From: Wolbachia endosymbiont of Litomosoides sigmodontis
GTDB lineage: Bacteria; Pseudomonadota; Alphaproteobacteria; Rickettsiales; Anaplasmataceae
Direction of reading: 5' to 3'
DNA: 32,000 bases
Assembly (NCBI RefSeq): GCF_013365435.1
Contig: NZ_CP046577.1
Span: forward strand, 148,961 to 180,960
Under the pieces are notes generated by a model. The model was given only the letters and a program-made list of their open reading frames with translations. It did not search any database and had not been told where the DNA came from. This document shows positions 21,692 through 32,000 of the stretch, piece by piece (the first letter of the stretch is position 1; every line of letters begins with the position of its first letter). The translations under genes and the position numbers were made by a program.

Positions 21692-23191
21692 ATGAACTTT
21701 AAATCAGTTATTTTATGTATACTAGATGGTTGGGGAATAGGAGATAGTAAATACAATGCCATTAGCAACGCAAATCCACCCTGTTGGCAATATATTAGCT
21801 CTAATTATCCAAAGTGCAGTTTATCTGCTTGTGGAACTGATGTTGGATTACCAGATGGTCAGATGGGCAACTCGGAAGTTGGCCATATGAACATTTGTAG
21901 TGGTAGAGTGGTAATGCAAAGTCTGCAACGTATTAATCAAGAAATTGAAACAATAGAGAACAATGCTAATTTACAAAGTTTTATTAGTGATCTAAAGGAT
22001 AAGAATGGCGTGTGTCACATAATGGGATTGGTTTCAGATGGTGGTGTTCATTCGCATCAAAAACATATGTCAATTCTAGCAAATAAAATATCACAGCATA
22101 AGATCAAAGTGGTAATACATGCATTTTTAGATGGCAGAGATACACTGCCAAATTCAGGAAAAAAGTGCATTCAAGAATTTGAAGAGAATATAAAGGGCAA
22201 TAACATAGAAATTGTTACTGTCTCTGGGCGTTACTATGCTATGGATCGAGATAATAGGTGGGAAAGAACAATAGAAGCTTACGAAGCTATCGCATTTGCA
22301 AAGGCAACATATCACAATAGTGTAATGTCGTTGATTGACAGTAATTATCAAAACAATATACCTGATGAGTTTATTAAGCCTGCAGTAATAGGTGGTTACA
22401 AAGGCATAGAAGCAAAAGACGGGGTATTATTAGCCAACTTTCGTGCTGATCGAATGATACAGTTGACAAGTGTTTTGCTAGGCAAAACAGGTTATACTAA
22501 GATAGCAAAATTTTCTTCAATTTTAAGTATGGTGAAATATAAGGAAAACTTTCAGATTCCTTGTCTTTTTGCCCCTACATCTTTTACTAACACTTTAGGA
22601 GAGACAATAGCAGATAATAAATTGCGGCAATTACGTATTGCTGAAACTGAGAAATATGCTCATGTGACTTTTTTCTTCAATTGTGGTAAAGAAGAGCCTT
22701 TCTTCAATGAAGAAAGAATACTTATTCCTTCACCAAAAGTTAAAACTTATGACCTGCAACCCGAAATGTCAGCTTTTGAACTTACAGAAAAACTTGTAGA
22801 AAAAATTTGTTCCCAAGAATTTGCGCTAATAGTTGTAAATTATGCTAATCCAGATATAATAGGGCACACAGGGAACATGAAAGCAGCTAAAAAAGCTGTA
22901 CTAGCTGTTGATGATTGCCTTGCAAAAATATTAAATGCTGTTAAGGAAGTAAATGATGCTGCGTTAATTATTACTGCAGATCATGGAAATGTGGAATGTA
23001 TGTTTGATAAAGAAAGTAATACACCTCACACAGCACACACTCTAAATAAAGTTCCATTTATTGTATACTCTAATTCTCGTAACAACCTAAAGTTGAAAGA
23101 TGGAAGATTATCTGATATTGCTCCTACTATTTTACAGTTACTTGGAATTAAGAAACCAAATGAAATGACAGGTGATTCATTGATTGTATAA
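21692..23191 (+). CDS. gpmI: 2,3-bisphosphoglycerate-independent phosphoglycerate mutase
   Basis: 499-aa ORF. Contains [15 protein letters not shown] (catalytic Ser region), [23 protein letters not shown] and ITADHGN. Confidence 0.93.
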   Translation: MNFKSVILCILDGWGIGDSKYNAISNANPPCWQYISSNYPKCSLSACGTDVGLPDGQMGNSEVGHMNICSGRVVMQSLQRINQEIETIENNANLQSFISDLKDKNGVCHIMGLVSDGGVHSHQKHMSILANKISQHKIKVVIHAFLDGRDTLPNSGKKCIQEFEENIKGNNIEIVTVSGRYYAMDRDNRWERTIEAYEAIAFAKATYHNSVMSLIDSNYQNNIPDEFIKPAVIGGYKGIEAKDGVLLANFRADRMIQLTSVLLGKTGYTKIAKFSSILSMVKYKENFQIPCLFAPTSFTNTLGETIADNKLRQLRIAETEKYAHVTFFFNCGKEEPFFNEERILIPSPKVKTYDLQPEMSAFELTEKLVEKICSQEFALIVVNYANPDIIGHTGNMKAAKKAVLAVDDCLAKILNAVKEVNDAALIITADHGNVECMFDKESNTPHTAHTLNKVPFIVYSNSRNNLKLKDGRLSDIAPTILQLLGIKKPNEMTGDSLIV

Positions 23192-23782
23192 TAGTATCTA
23201 TTCAGCTAAGCGGTGTAAGAGACGGTAAAATAGGTGATTGTGAAAAGATTTAGTCTCTTTTGTTTTAACATGTTAAGTGGAATAAAATTATTCGTTCGAA
23301 AAATGTATTTACTCTTTCCGATTGTGCAAAATATGAGTTTTTGTGATAAGCGACATAATGCCGTATTTGCTATTCAACATAGTTGTTCGTCAGTGAAATA
23401 TTTTTTGGTTATCCAAAAAGTTCCACCTTATCCTTTAATAATGTAATTAGTGTTACTGACTCTTTACTTTAAAAAAGTGATATTTGGTGATGTCTTGAAT
23501 GCTTTATAAGCACGTTTCAGCTTGTATAGGTGAGAGCTTGAAATTTTATAAAGGGGGCATAATACGGTGTACATAGTCCAAGTAATTAGGCAATAGTGTG
23601 CCAGATATAAAATCTTTTTATCATTTAATCTGCGCAGATTAGGAAGTTGTATAAAGTAACTTACTGCTGATTAAGAGAGCCGACAAGATGTGTTAAGTAA
23701 TTTTTTATATTCCTATAAGCTACTTGAATCTTGGTTTATTTAATTATGCTGTTTGTGCAGTTGTTGCTGATAGCTTATAATA

Positions 23783-24679
23783 TCAATGTTTAATTATCTT
23801 GTTGTCTGCGCATTCATCATGTTCAATCTCAACTGTGGAGTGCGCTATTTCAAACTTATCTAGTAGTATTTTTTTTATTTCATACAAAATATTAGTGTGT
23901 TGTGCATTTTCCTTTACCTTGGCATGCATAGTAATTATAAAATAATTATCAGAAAGTGACCACGCATGTATATGATGTACATCTACCACTTCAGGTAATT
24001 CAGATATGATTTTACTTTTTATCTCTTCAGCAGATATACCGTCAGGTGTACCTTCAAGGAGGATATGATAAGAATTCTTTAGAATTTTATAGCCGCTATT
24101 TAGGATTAGCACACTAACAAATATTGATAAAATTGGATCCACTATTTGCCATCCGGTAAGCATAATAATTATGGATGCGAGTATAGCAGCTATAGAACCT
24201 AAAATATCTCCTATCACGTGCAGTACAGCACTCCTTATGTTTATATTACTTTCGCATTTGTTATGTAGTATGAAAAAGACTGAGATATTAGCAATCAGCC
24301 CAAGTGTGGCTATTATTAACATTATTTTCCACTCAATATTGACTGGAAAAATAGATCTCTTTACCGATTCAATTATAATGATCATTGCAATGAGGAATAA
24401 AGTTAAACCGTTAACAAAAGCTGCAATTATCTGCAATCTATGATATCCGTATGACCTTTGCAAATCTGATTTCTTGGCTGAAAATTTATGTGCTATCCAG
24501 CTTAAAACCAAGGCAAAGAGGTCAGTAAGCATATGTCCTGCATCTGATAGCAGAGCTAATGAACGTGAGATTATTCCACCTGCTATTTCTGTAAACATTG
24601 TTATTGCAACTATTATTATGGAATAGATTAAGCGCTTGGACTCTGCTACTGAATGTTTGCCGTTATGTACTGCTGTCAT
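23783..24679 (-). CDS. Cation diffusion facilitator family divalent-metal (Zn/Co/Cd-type) efflux transporter
   Basis: Six hydrophobic helices with the CDF signature HxxxD pairs (SDAGHMLTD, HVIGD) and a C-terminal cytoplasmic domain with His residues. The start is reset to ATG at 24679 because the track ORF (to 24763) reads through the tRNA-Val gene. Confidence 0.85.
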   Translation of the reverse strand: MTAVHNGKHSVAESKRLIYSIIIVAITMFTEIAGGIISRSLALLSDAGHMLTDLFALVLSWIAHKFSAKKSDLQRSYGYHRLQIIAAFVNGLTLFLIAMIIIIESVKRSIFPVNIEWKIMLIIATLGLIANISVFFILHNKCESNINIRSAVLHVIGDILGSIAAILASIIIMLTGWQIVDPILSIFVSVLILNSGYKILKNSYHILLEGTPDGISAEEIKSKIISELPEVVDVHHIHAWSLSDNYFIITMHAKVKENAQHTNILYEIKKILLDKFEIAHSTVEIEHDECADNKIIKH

Positions 24680-24705
24680 ATGAAATCTTTTTATGAACAA
24701 AAGCG

Positions 24706-24778
24706 TGGGTAACACTGGGCTCGAACCAGCGACCGCTTGCACGTCAAGCAAGTGCTCTACCAACTGAGCTAATTACCC
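24706..24778 (-). tRNA. tRNA-Val (anticodon GAC)
   Basis: The reverse complement folds as follows. Acceptor GGGTAAT/GTTACCC with one G-U pair, D arm GCTC-AGTTGGTA-GAGC, anticodon arm CTTGC-TTGACGT-GCAAG, and T arm GCTGG-TTCGAGC-CCAGT. 73 nt. Confidence 0.88.
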
Positions 24779-24873
24779 ATCATGTTTTTAGTATAGTGCT
24801 TCAGCAGGATAAAAGTCAATTTGCTTTTAAATTTTTGTCCTTATTGCATTATTTAATGTAATGCCAGAATTTA

Positions 24874-25668
24874 TACTAATTTTCATTATTAGTAGGTCAA
24901 ATGAGTGACATTGCAGAGTTATTTAATTAAGGAGTGAGAAAGGAGTAATTTAAATTTGCACAAAGAGCTCTCAAGCAAGGTAATTCATTCTATATAAACT
25001 TTGTGTTACGCAAAATATTCTATTTTTTACCACGAAGTCTCTCAATAAGATTGAGCTCTGGTAGGTATATAATCTCATATTTTTAAATACTTCTAAATTT
25101 TTTGACTTGTGCTAATTAACCCAATTCATGATAAGAAAGGCTTCTTATGTCCTTAAATATTGCTATATTTGTTCAAGAGATGAATGCATATAAGCAGTGT
25201 TGACACTCAATACAAAAACTGTAAAAACAAAAATTTTGTCTAATTAATTTCACTTTGAGCTGTATTCTCATGCCTTTTTAAAACCATCCATATTCAAGTG
25301 TGTGCTAAATTGTGATTCTTCAAAAAAGAACTTCTATTCATGATACTTACTAATTTTATATATTACGTGTACCGTAGACTTGCTAACGTTCAAGTCCAAT
25401 TTTTCTGGATTATTACTCATTTTTTAAGGTAATATTAGGATTTTCTTGTATCCATATTTCTAACTTATTCAAATTGATTATGATTCAATCTAGTTTTTCT
25501 ATAACGTTGGGGGGAGAAAAAATAATTTTTCTTCTCCTCCAAAATTTTAGGTGCTTTATCTATTAGTTTTTTTGATTTTAACGCTATTTTACTTGCTGTT
25601 CTACTTACTTCAAATGGGGCTTTTCCATTATTATCTATCCTTTTCTTAATGCAGTGAAAATTGGCATT
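24874..25668 (-). mobile_element. Degenerate IS630-family IS remnant, copy H, with internal deletions
   Basis: Starts TA|CTAATTTTCATTATT and ends GCAGTGAAAATTGG|CA, a mutated TA. Collinear with copies D and F with gaps. The 79-aa ORF at 25465-25704 is the relic of the transposase N-terminal region. Confidence 0.75.
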
Positions 25669-25829
25669 AGCTGTAACTAAATTATAAAGCTTTAATTGTC
25701 CCACATATTTACATATTAAATTGACTATTTGTATCTTCTATTAAGATAGAATATGTTATTATGAAAATTTAAGCTTTTTAAAAGAGATTATGTTAAGAGT
25801 GAAACTTGTATTTAAAAATTGAATGTAAA

Positions 25830-27990
25830 ATGGGTAAAATGTCTGAAAGTAGGATCAGAGCAAATGATGGTCAACTTGTTGAAAATGTAAAGGTCACAAA
25901 TGACCATACTTTTTACAAACTCATTTATGAAAAAAAAAGCTCACAGAGATTTTTTAGTGAAGCAGTTTAATTCGCTATACTATGCTAGCTCCGAGAAGAT
26001 GATAAAGAACCTTTTACTATTAAGGAAATACATGACTTCTGTGAAAAAATGGTATTCTTTCATTTATGGTAAATGAGTTGCTTATTCTTGTGCCAAAAGA
26101 GGGCATAAAATGTTACGTAGATTATGAAACAAATTCAGTAAAAATCATGATCACGGATATATTGCTGATTAGGTCAATATTAAAGACTCATATATGAAAG
26201 AGGATTTAGTCAATCATCAAAGTTATCAAGATTATATTGCGTATTATGGATTTATGTGTAAAAAAGCCCATTATCTCAAATGCTTTTGAAAAGCTCAAGG
26301 AAGCTAAACTGAGGTGCAAATAAGAGGAAGTCTCAAAAGAATAGCTCAGTGATCCAGTGAATAAAGGATATACAGACGTAGAATATTATGTGTTATATGA
26401 GAAAATTTCTGAAGAGCTTGTATATATTGGTATGAGTGTTAATTGAATTAAGGAGATATATACTAAATATAGTATAATTCTATCTAACAGAGAGTGAGTT
26501 TAAAGGTTTAAAAAAAGTACAGGAAGAGGCAAGATCTAGCAAATATTATGAACAAAAAACAGGTTAAACATTCTAGAGTGGGATAAATCTAAACGTTGCT
26601 GATGATAATGCTGATAATGAGTTTAACCTGAATGTTGACCTATTTCGGACAAAAATTTTGAAGATCTTACTGATTTAAATAGCGATGTTATTATTAATAA
26701 CGAAAGTTTCCTAAAATCATTAGAAGACATTTTGAAAATGTTTAATAAAATCTTTGAAATGAAAAAGATAATAATACATTTCTAGCACATGAAAACGTTT
26801 CTGCTTTAAACTGTTCTTTATTGAAAGAAAAGAAGGCTACTAAAAATATTAAAGTGATGGTCATGATCCTTGTATATCGGGTAATGGTATAGCACAATCA
26901 TCTGACAATAACTATATCAGTAATATATACTCTCTCATGCTTTTGAAAAAGCTGGAAGTGCTCTTAGCGGTAATAAAGGAGAGAATTATAAGGATTGCAA
27001 CTACGTTATCAAGTAGAACTTGTTTATATATTAACGTTCTATTTGATTTCTAAGTTGGATTTTGCCAAAGTTTTAATGATGGGGTTAGCAGAATACGTAA
27101 TGCATCTAATAAAAGAAGAAAAACTGACTGATTTTGCAAGACTTTTTGGTAAAGAGTATAAGAGACCTATCTTGGAGAGACAATCAAAAGAGCTATTATG
27201 ATCATTATCAGATGGGAATAGCAATTATTGCAGATATAGTAGGAGAGACTTATCCTAAGTTTTATTGATAATTTACTTTATACAGCAACAGAAGATAGGA
27301 AATCCATGAATGGTCGTTTTTCTTTTAGGAAGAGGATGAAAAAGATCTACCAAAGCGGAGAAGACAAAATCCAAAAAGAGGAGTGTTTCTAATTGGGTAA
27401 AGACTTGCTCAAGTGTAGAAGATAACGCTATTAAGTCTTGCTATAGCTAATTTAGTAACAAGTAGTGGGTAATGAAAAAGACAAAACGTGGTCTTAATGA
27501 GTGGCGAGAAAGTGTTGTTCTAAAAGATGCAGTTCTAAAATGGAAAAAAGCCGTGAGCAAGATTAAGAGAAGGAGCATAAGGCAAATGTAACCATAGATT
27601 ATTATGGTGTAAAAGCATTGTATGGTAGAAAGAGCTGGTGGCGTAAAAGTAATCTGTGTTAAAGTTTTGGCACAAGTTGGCTTGGATCAGAATATAAGGA
27701 TCATACATTCGTAATTCATGATGATAACGTGGAAAAGCTTGTAGAATATTACTGAAGATAAAATTCTATCAAGATAATGAAGGATGGCAATCGTTATGAT
27801 TTACTTCTCTTTAATAAGAAGAGTAAGTTCATAAGTAGTATTGCTGAAATAGACAACTTAAGATATGAGTTACTATATAGCTTAGTGAGAATATTTTTGA
27901 TCGTGTGGCGGATCATATTAACCATAATTAGGCTTAATCTAACGAATATGTAAAGATTTTTGCTTGAGTAGAGTAGCATCTTTAATGCGT
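25830..27990 (+). pseudogene. Decayed large gene of unknown function; frameshifted and stop-riddled
   Basis: About 2.2 kb with no ORF above 70 codons. The plus strand shows consecutive protein-like open stretches that hop between frames. Examples are MGKMSESRIRANDGQLVENVKVTNDHTFYKLIYEKK, NADNEFNLNVDLFRTKI, and HTFVIHDDNVEKLVEYY..DGNRYDLLLFNKKSKFISSIAEIDNLRYELLYSL. Boundaries are approximate. Confidence 0.4.
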
Positions 27991-28050
27991 GTAAAGCTGC
28001 CATGTTAAATTAAATGTAAATCATTATAAAGCTATATACTTTTTTTGATA

Positions 28051-28947
28051 CTAGCAGGGTCTATAATAGTGCAGCACTGCTTTACGTATTGCCAATCCAA
28101 ATTCCACCTGTTGTAAAATAACACGATCTGTTATATCGCTGCTAATTTCAATCCCTTTATTTATTGGCCCTGGGTGCATAATAATTACATTTGGTTTTGC
28201 ATATAGCAACTTTTGTGAATCAAGTCCATACAAATAGAAATATTCTCTATTTGAAGGAACAAAACAACTACTATTCATGCGCTCTTTTTGTAACCTTAGA
28301 AGCATAATTACATCAGCATCCTTTATACCATCAATTAATGAATAATGGATTGAATCTACCTCAGGAAAATGTTTGCAAATCAAAGTTGGCGGTGCAATCA
28401 AGCATATTTTTGCTCCGAACATTTTTAGCAATCTTATATTTGATCTTGCAACTCTACTGTGCAAAATATCTCCACATATAACAATTTTAAGATTTTTTAT
28501 TTGCTTTTTATGACTGATGATTACAAAATAATCTGCAAGAGCCTGAGTTGGGTGTTCACTACTTCCATCACCTGCATTAATTAGTGGGCAGCTAACATAG
28601 CTAGCCAAGATATTTACAATACCGCTGTCTTTTTGCCTAAGTACTATACAGTCAGGATTCATTGCATTTAACGTTTTTATCATATCCATTAAATCTTCTC
28701 CTTTATTGATAGAAGAAAATTTTATTGGCAGAGTTACGACGTTTGCCCCAAGACTTTTGGCTGCTATTTCAAAGGACGCAAGCGTACGTGTTGAATCTTC
28801 AAAGAATAAATTTATTACTGTTTTTTTTTCCAAAATACGGCTATTTTTAACTTCATTTTTTAGGTATTGCTCAGCTAATTCAATTATGTTTTTCACATTA
28901 TTGACTGTAAGGTCTAGAACGCTTAGCAAGTCCTTTCTATTGCTCAT
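28051..28947 (-). CDS. pyrB: Aspartate carbamoyltransferase catalytic subunit
   Basis: 298-aa ORF. Carbamoyl-phosphate site motif STRT (FEDSTRTLASFE), HPTQALAD, and HPGPINKG. Confidence 0.92.
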   Translation of the reverse strand: MSNRKDLLSVLDLTVNNVKNIIELAEQYLKNEVKNSRILEKKTVINLFFEDSTRTLASFEIAAKSLGANVVTLPIKFSSINKGEDLMDMIKTLNAMNPDCIVLRQKDSGIVNILASYVSCPLINAGDGSSEHPTQALADYFVIISHKKQIKNLKIVICGDILHSRVARSNIRLLKMFGAKICLIAPPTLICKHFPEVDSIHYSLIDGIKDADVIMLLRLQKERMNSSCFVPSNREYFYLYGLDSQKLLYAKPNVIIMHPGPINKGIEISSDITDRVILQQVEFGLAIRKAVLHYYRPC

Positions 28948-29087
28948 AATTTCTTTTAATACACAATTATTATTAATCTATTCTACTTTTTCATTGCTTA
29001 TTTTCAATAGATCTCTTGTGTAACAGTTGTTTTAGCTATAGCCTATAGATATTGCGTTAAACAAAAGCTGGTATTAATTGATAATTA

Positions 29088-30076
29088 TACTAATTATCAT
29101 TGTAAATATGTTAAATAAATAATATTATAGAGTTGTTTAATTGCAGAGTGAGAAAGAGAGGTAATAAATTTGTACAAAGCGCTCTCAAGTAGGTCTATTG
29201 TATTATAGACTTTATTACGTAAAGTGTTCTTGTTTATATAGAACCAAAGTCTCTGAATATGATTGTGCTCAGATGAGCATGTGGTAAGTATATAATCACG
29301 ATATAAGTGCCTGTAAATTTTTTGACTTATGTCAACTAGCACAATGCATGATAAAAAAAGCTTATTATTTTCTGAAATATTGTGACCTTTGTTCGAGGAA
29401 CATATTCATGCAATCACTATTGTATTTAGTTGAAATAAGCTAAAACTTTTCCCATTTCTAGGATTAACTGCCCTGTAGGGGATAAAAATTTTGTCTACCC
29501 AATGTTACTTTAACCTGTGCTCTAACGCCATTTTTAAACTACCTGTATTCAACTTTCAGATGTATATAAGCCGTGATTCATCAAAGAAAAATAACTCTTA
29601 TTCAGGATATTTACCAATAATCTCATTAAGTTTTTTTTAACTCTTCTTGTCTACTTTTATCTTGTTCATTATGAATTGGTCTTAGCGTAATGTGCTAAAA
29701 TTTCATTTTCTGCATACTGCGATGTACCGTAGCTTGCTGACATTCACGCTAAATTTTTTCAAATTCTTATTCTCATTTCTTAAATGGTAATATTGTGGTT
29801 GCTTGTATCCATACTTTAATTTGTTTAAATTGATTCTGATTTAATCTAGTTTTTATGATATTGAGGGGGAGTAAACAATTTTTCTTCTTTTCTAAATTTT
29901 AGGTACTTTATCCATGCAGTCAATGCTATTCTTGAAATGCAGCATATTTTTGCTTTTACACTTCCTTGTGCAAAGGGGATTTGTATAAGGGACATCGAAA
30001 TCATGTAAGAGATTTTACTGCGTGCTTTATCCATCAATACTGTAAAAGGTGTCTTTGTAATTGTGAGATTGAACTA
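29088..30076 (-). mobile_element. Degenerate IS630-family IS, copy I; probably full length (about 990 bp), with its right end overlapping the 3' end of the 424-aa CDS
   Basis: Starts TA|CTAATTATCATTG at 29088-29089. Clear collinearity with copies D and F to about 29972. Weaker but collinear similarity continues to ttgtaattgtgagattgaac|TA (30058-30076), compare ttatgtagtgagaattgg|TA in copy D. The total length matches the intact copies. Confidence 0.65.
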
Positions 30077-31301
30077 CAACTTGTTCAAGCGTTAAGCTAC
30101 TGCATTTAGCGTCTTTGCCGTGATTATTCTTGAGAGCATTTGTTCTTTCTTGTTCTATTTTCTTAATAAATTCCTTGTTAATGCTTTCAGCGTTAATCTT
30201 TTCCTGAAAATATATGAGGTTAATACAATTTGTTTTCTTATAATAATGTACGCCAAGACATATGGCCGAAAATGCAAATATAGCTGAACCTATGAGTAAT
30301 GACAATCCTATGTTATGTTTCAAAAGGTTCTGGTAAAACTTTTTCACATTATTAACGCCATCTATTGTAAGTAGCCCTAAGGGAAAAACTATATTTGCAG
30401 CAACTATGCCAGTTAATAATGCAGTGAATAGTGGCCTATTGTTAATTACTAATTTTATTTTATTAGTTCTACTAATTGCTTTTTCGCCAATGTTAATAAA
30501 ATTGTTTTTAGCTTCCCAAGCGTTAAGTTCAAAATTTGAATGAGTGCCATTGCTATATTCCAGTCTTACAGATTTTATTATCTTGTCTTTTGGCTGGTTC
30601 TTTAACACTTTATCCAAAATTTCATTTGCATTTCCTTTTTGGATTTGATATTCCTCAGAATTTCTAAATTGCTTTATTGCACAGGATATCGAATTACTCG
30701 CAAGCAGTGAAGCAAATGCAATAACTGATGTAGTGGTATAGAGTGGGCTATTTGCAAAAGACGCGATAAATTTTGCTTTATCTTGTAAATATGCTAAAGC
30801 TACAGATGTGCATAATATAATAGCATTTGCACCAAAAATTATAACTTCCTTTTGCTGTATGGCGTATTTTATCCGTAGCTGGACTCTGTTTATTTTCTTG
30901 CCTGAGCTGATTAAAAAAGTTGTTGAATTTGCTTCACTATTCTTAATGTAAGAATTATCTCTCAGTGTAAAAGGAGTTAGAGGTGTATCTGAATTATTAC
31001 TAGACTTGTTATTTAATAATTTTTTCCAACCTTCTGATGTTTTATTATTCCAAGTTTTGTTAAACAGCGTTCTTTCAAAAGCTGCTCTTTCCATATTTGA
31101 GCTTTGGTTATCTGTTCTACCATTTCTAATATGGTTCATTTCTTCATTATCTGGTCCTTCTTTATACAACCTTGTCTGTATACGCAGTGGCTTTGATGGC
31201 GCTGCACCCAATGTATCTGAAATAGAATTTGTTGCCACTCCAGGCGATGGTGGGTCTGTTTTTGGTGCTTCTTCTGATATTTTATCTTTAAATTCTAGCA
31301 T
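30027..31301 (-). CDS. Hypothetical four-TM membrane protein with a disordered N-terminal region (424 aa); no family recognised
   Basis: Uninterrupted ORF. About 140 aa of P/S/N/T-rich low-complexity N-terminus. Two hydrophobic helix pairs at aa 153-172/186-208 and aa 290-313/331-354. The last 15 codons appear to be IS-derived. Confidence 0.7.
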   Translation of the reverse strand: MLEFKDKISEEAPKTDPPSPGVATNSISDTLGAAPSKPLRIQTRLYKEGPDNEEMNHIRNGRTDNQSSNMERAAFERTLFNKTWNNKTSEGWKKLLNNKSSNNSDTPLTPFTLRDNSYIKNSEANSTTFLISSGKKINRVQLRIKYAIQQKEVIIFGANAIILCTSVALAYLQDKAKFIASFANSPLYTTTSVIAFASLLASNSISCAIKQFRNSEEYQIQKGNANEILDKVLKNQPKDKIIKSVRLEYSNGTHSNFELNAWEAKNNFINIGEKAISRTNKIKLVINNRPLFTALLTGIVAANIVFPLGLLTIDGVNNVKKFYQNLLKHNIGLSLLIGSAIFAFSAICLGVHYYKKTNCINLIYFQEKINAESINKEFIKKIEQERTNALKNNHGKDAKCSSLTLEQVVVQSHNYKDTFYSIDG

Positions 31302-31396
31302 ACTTACCCTCCAAAATTAATTACTACTGTTGTGTTGATTACACTATAGTTATTAAGATGTAGTAAATGCTAATTTGAGACTAATACTAGAAAAGT

Positions 31397-32000
31397 TTAA
31401 TATGAGAATTGTCTTTCAAAGATTCTTTCGTCTAGAGAATAATCCTTATCAAAGAGCAGAGTAACTGTATTTTCATGGTCTTTCTGCATTTTTATCTGTG
31501 ATATGTTGTAGAACTCCTTGTAATCTGATACTATAAGTGCTGGACGATTTTGTGCGTCATTAATATCAATTTGCACAATCGTATCATTTGAGATCAGCGC
31601 TCCATCCCAATGCCTCGGGTAGTAGCTATTGATAGAGGTAAGTGCGAATAAGTTTGAGTTGAGTGGTAAAATTGGACCGCCGGCGGAGAAGTTATATGCA
31701 GTACTACCTGTGGGAGTAGATAATATTATTCCATCTCCTCTGAATTTTTCCATTTTAAATTTATTATTGATAGTAATATTCATCTCTACTATCTGATTTG
31801 CCTTTCTAAAGATGTACACTTCATTTACCGCTACATGGTGATATTTTTTGCTACTCAGATCTGTAGCTTCCATCTTTAGCAAAGTTAACTGAGCTGAAGT
31901 TGCGTATTCTATATTATCAATCAAATCTTTGCTGCTATTGAAGCATTTATTCATCAAAAATCCAACGTTTCCAGTATTTACTCCATATACATGTATGTCT
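31397..32000 (-). CDS. nadK: NAD kinase; 5'-partial, N-terminus lies beyond the window end
   Basis: The frame stays open upstream of the track ORF to the window edge (...DIHVYGVNTGNVGFLMNK). It contains the NAD kinase GxNxGxxGFL motif, and TPTGSTAYNFSAGGPI further downstream. The track start at 31957 is an internal TTG. Confidence 0.88.
   Translation of the reverse strand, partial: DIHVYGVNTGNVGFLMNKCFNSSKDLIDNIEYATSAQLTLLKMEATDLSSKKYHHVAVNEVYIFRKANQIVEMNITINNKFKMEKFRGDGIILSTPTGSTAYNFSAGGPILPLNSNLFALTSINSYYPRHWDGALISNDTIVQIDINDAQNRPALIVSDYKEFYNISQIKMQKDHENTVTLLFDKDYSLDERIFERQFSY

Noticed and set aside
23626-23641. Perfect 16-bp palindrome TAATCTGCGCAGATTA between gpmI and the CDF exporter
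   Set aside because: It is a single occurrence about 140 bp beyond the CDF stop and 435 bp beyond the gpmI stop. It has no loop or flanking T-tract for a terminator and no second copy for an operator. This is insufficient evidence for function.
24680-24763. N-terminal 28 codons of the track ORF 23783-24763
   Set aside because: This stretch is the translation of the tRNA-Val gene (24706-24778). The CDF protein begins at the internal ATG at 24679.

Overview
AT-rich, low-coding-density window of about 56% intact CDS. It looks like a reduced Rickettsiales/Anaplasmataceae genome, most likely a Wolbachia; this is inferred from protein sequence character and from GTCATCCCAG...CTGGGATGAC-type palindromic repeats, and no search was run. 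Nine recognisable housekeeping CDS are present: icd, nth, miaB, ileS, alaS, rsmA, gpmI, pyrB and a partial nadK. There is also a CDF metal exporter, and three tRNAs (Thr-UGU, Asn-GUU, Val-GAC). The housekeeping blocks are separated by nine copies or fragments of one decayed, roughly 1 kb IS630/Tc1-mariner-family element, which together make up about 21% of the window. All copies are non-functional and all intact ends are flanked by TA. There is also a roughly 2.2 kb frameshifted pseudogene tract. I see no recognisable defence system, prophage, CRISPR array, toxin-antitoxin pair or cif-like operon. The leads most worth follow-up are listed here. (1) Two family-less membrane proteins: an 883-aa N-terminally anchored coiled-coil protein and a 424-aa four-TM protein with a disordered N-terminus. 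Their architecture resembles vacuole-membrane or secreted effectors. (2) Two in-frame copies of a palindromic repeat family inside the essential ileS gene. (3) An IS insertion that appears to have displaced the native stop codon of the 424-aa gene, adding a 15-aa IS-encoded tail. (4) A roughly 99% identical inverted IS pair that shares the same inactivating lesions. All functional calls rest on motif recognition by eye. No database search, TM or coil predictor, or alignment program was available.
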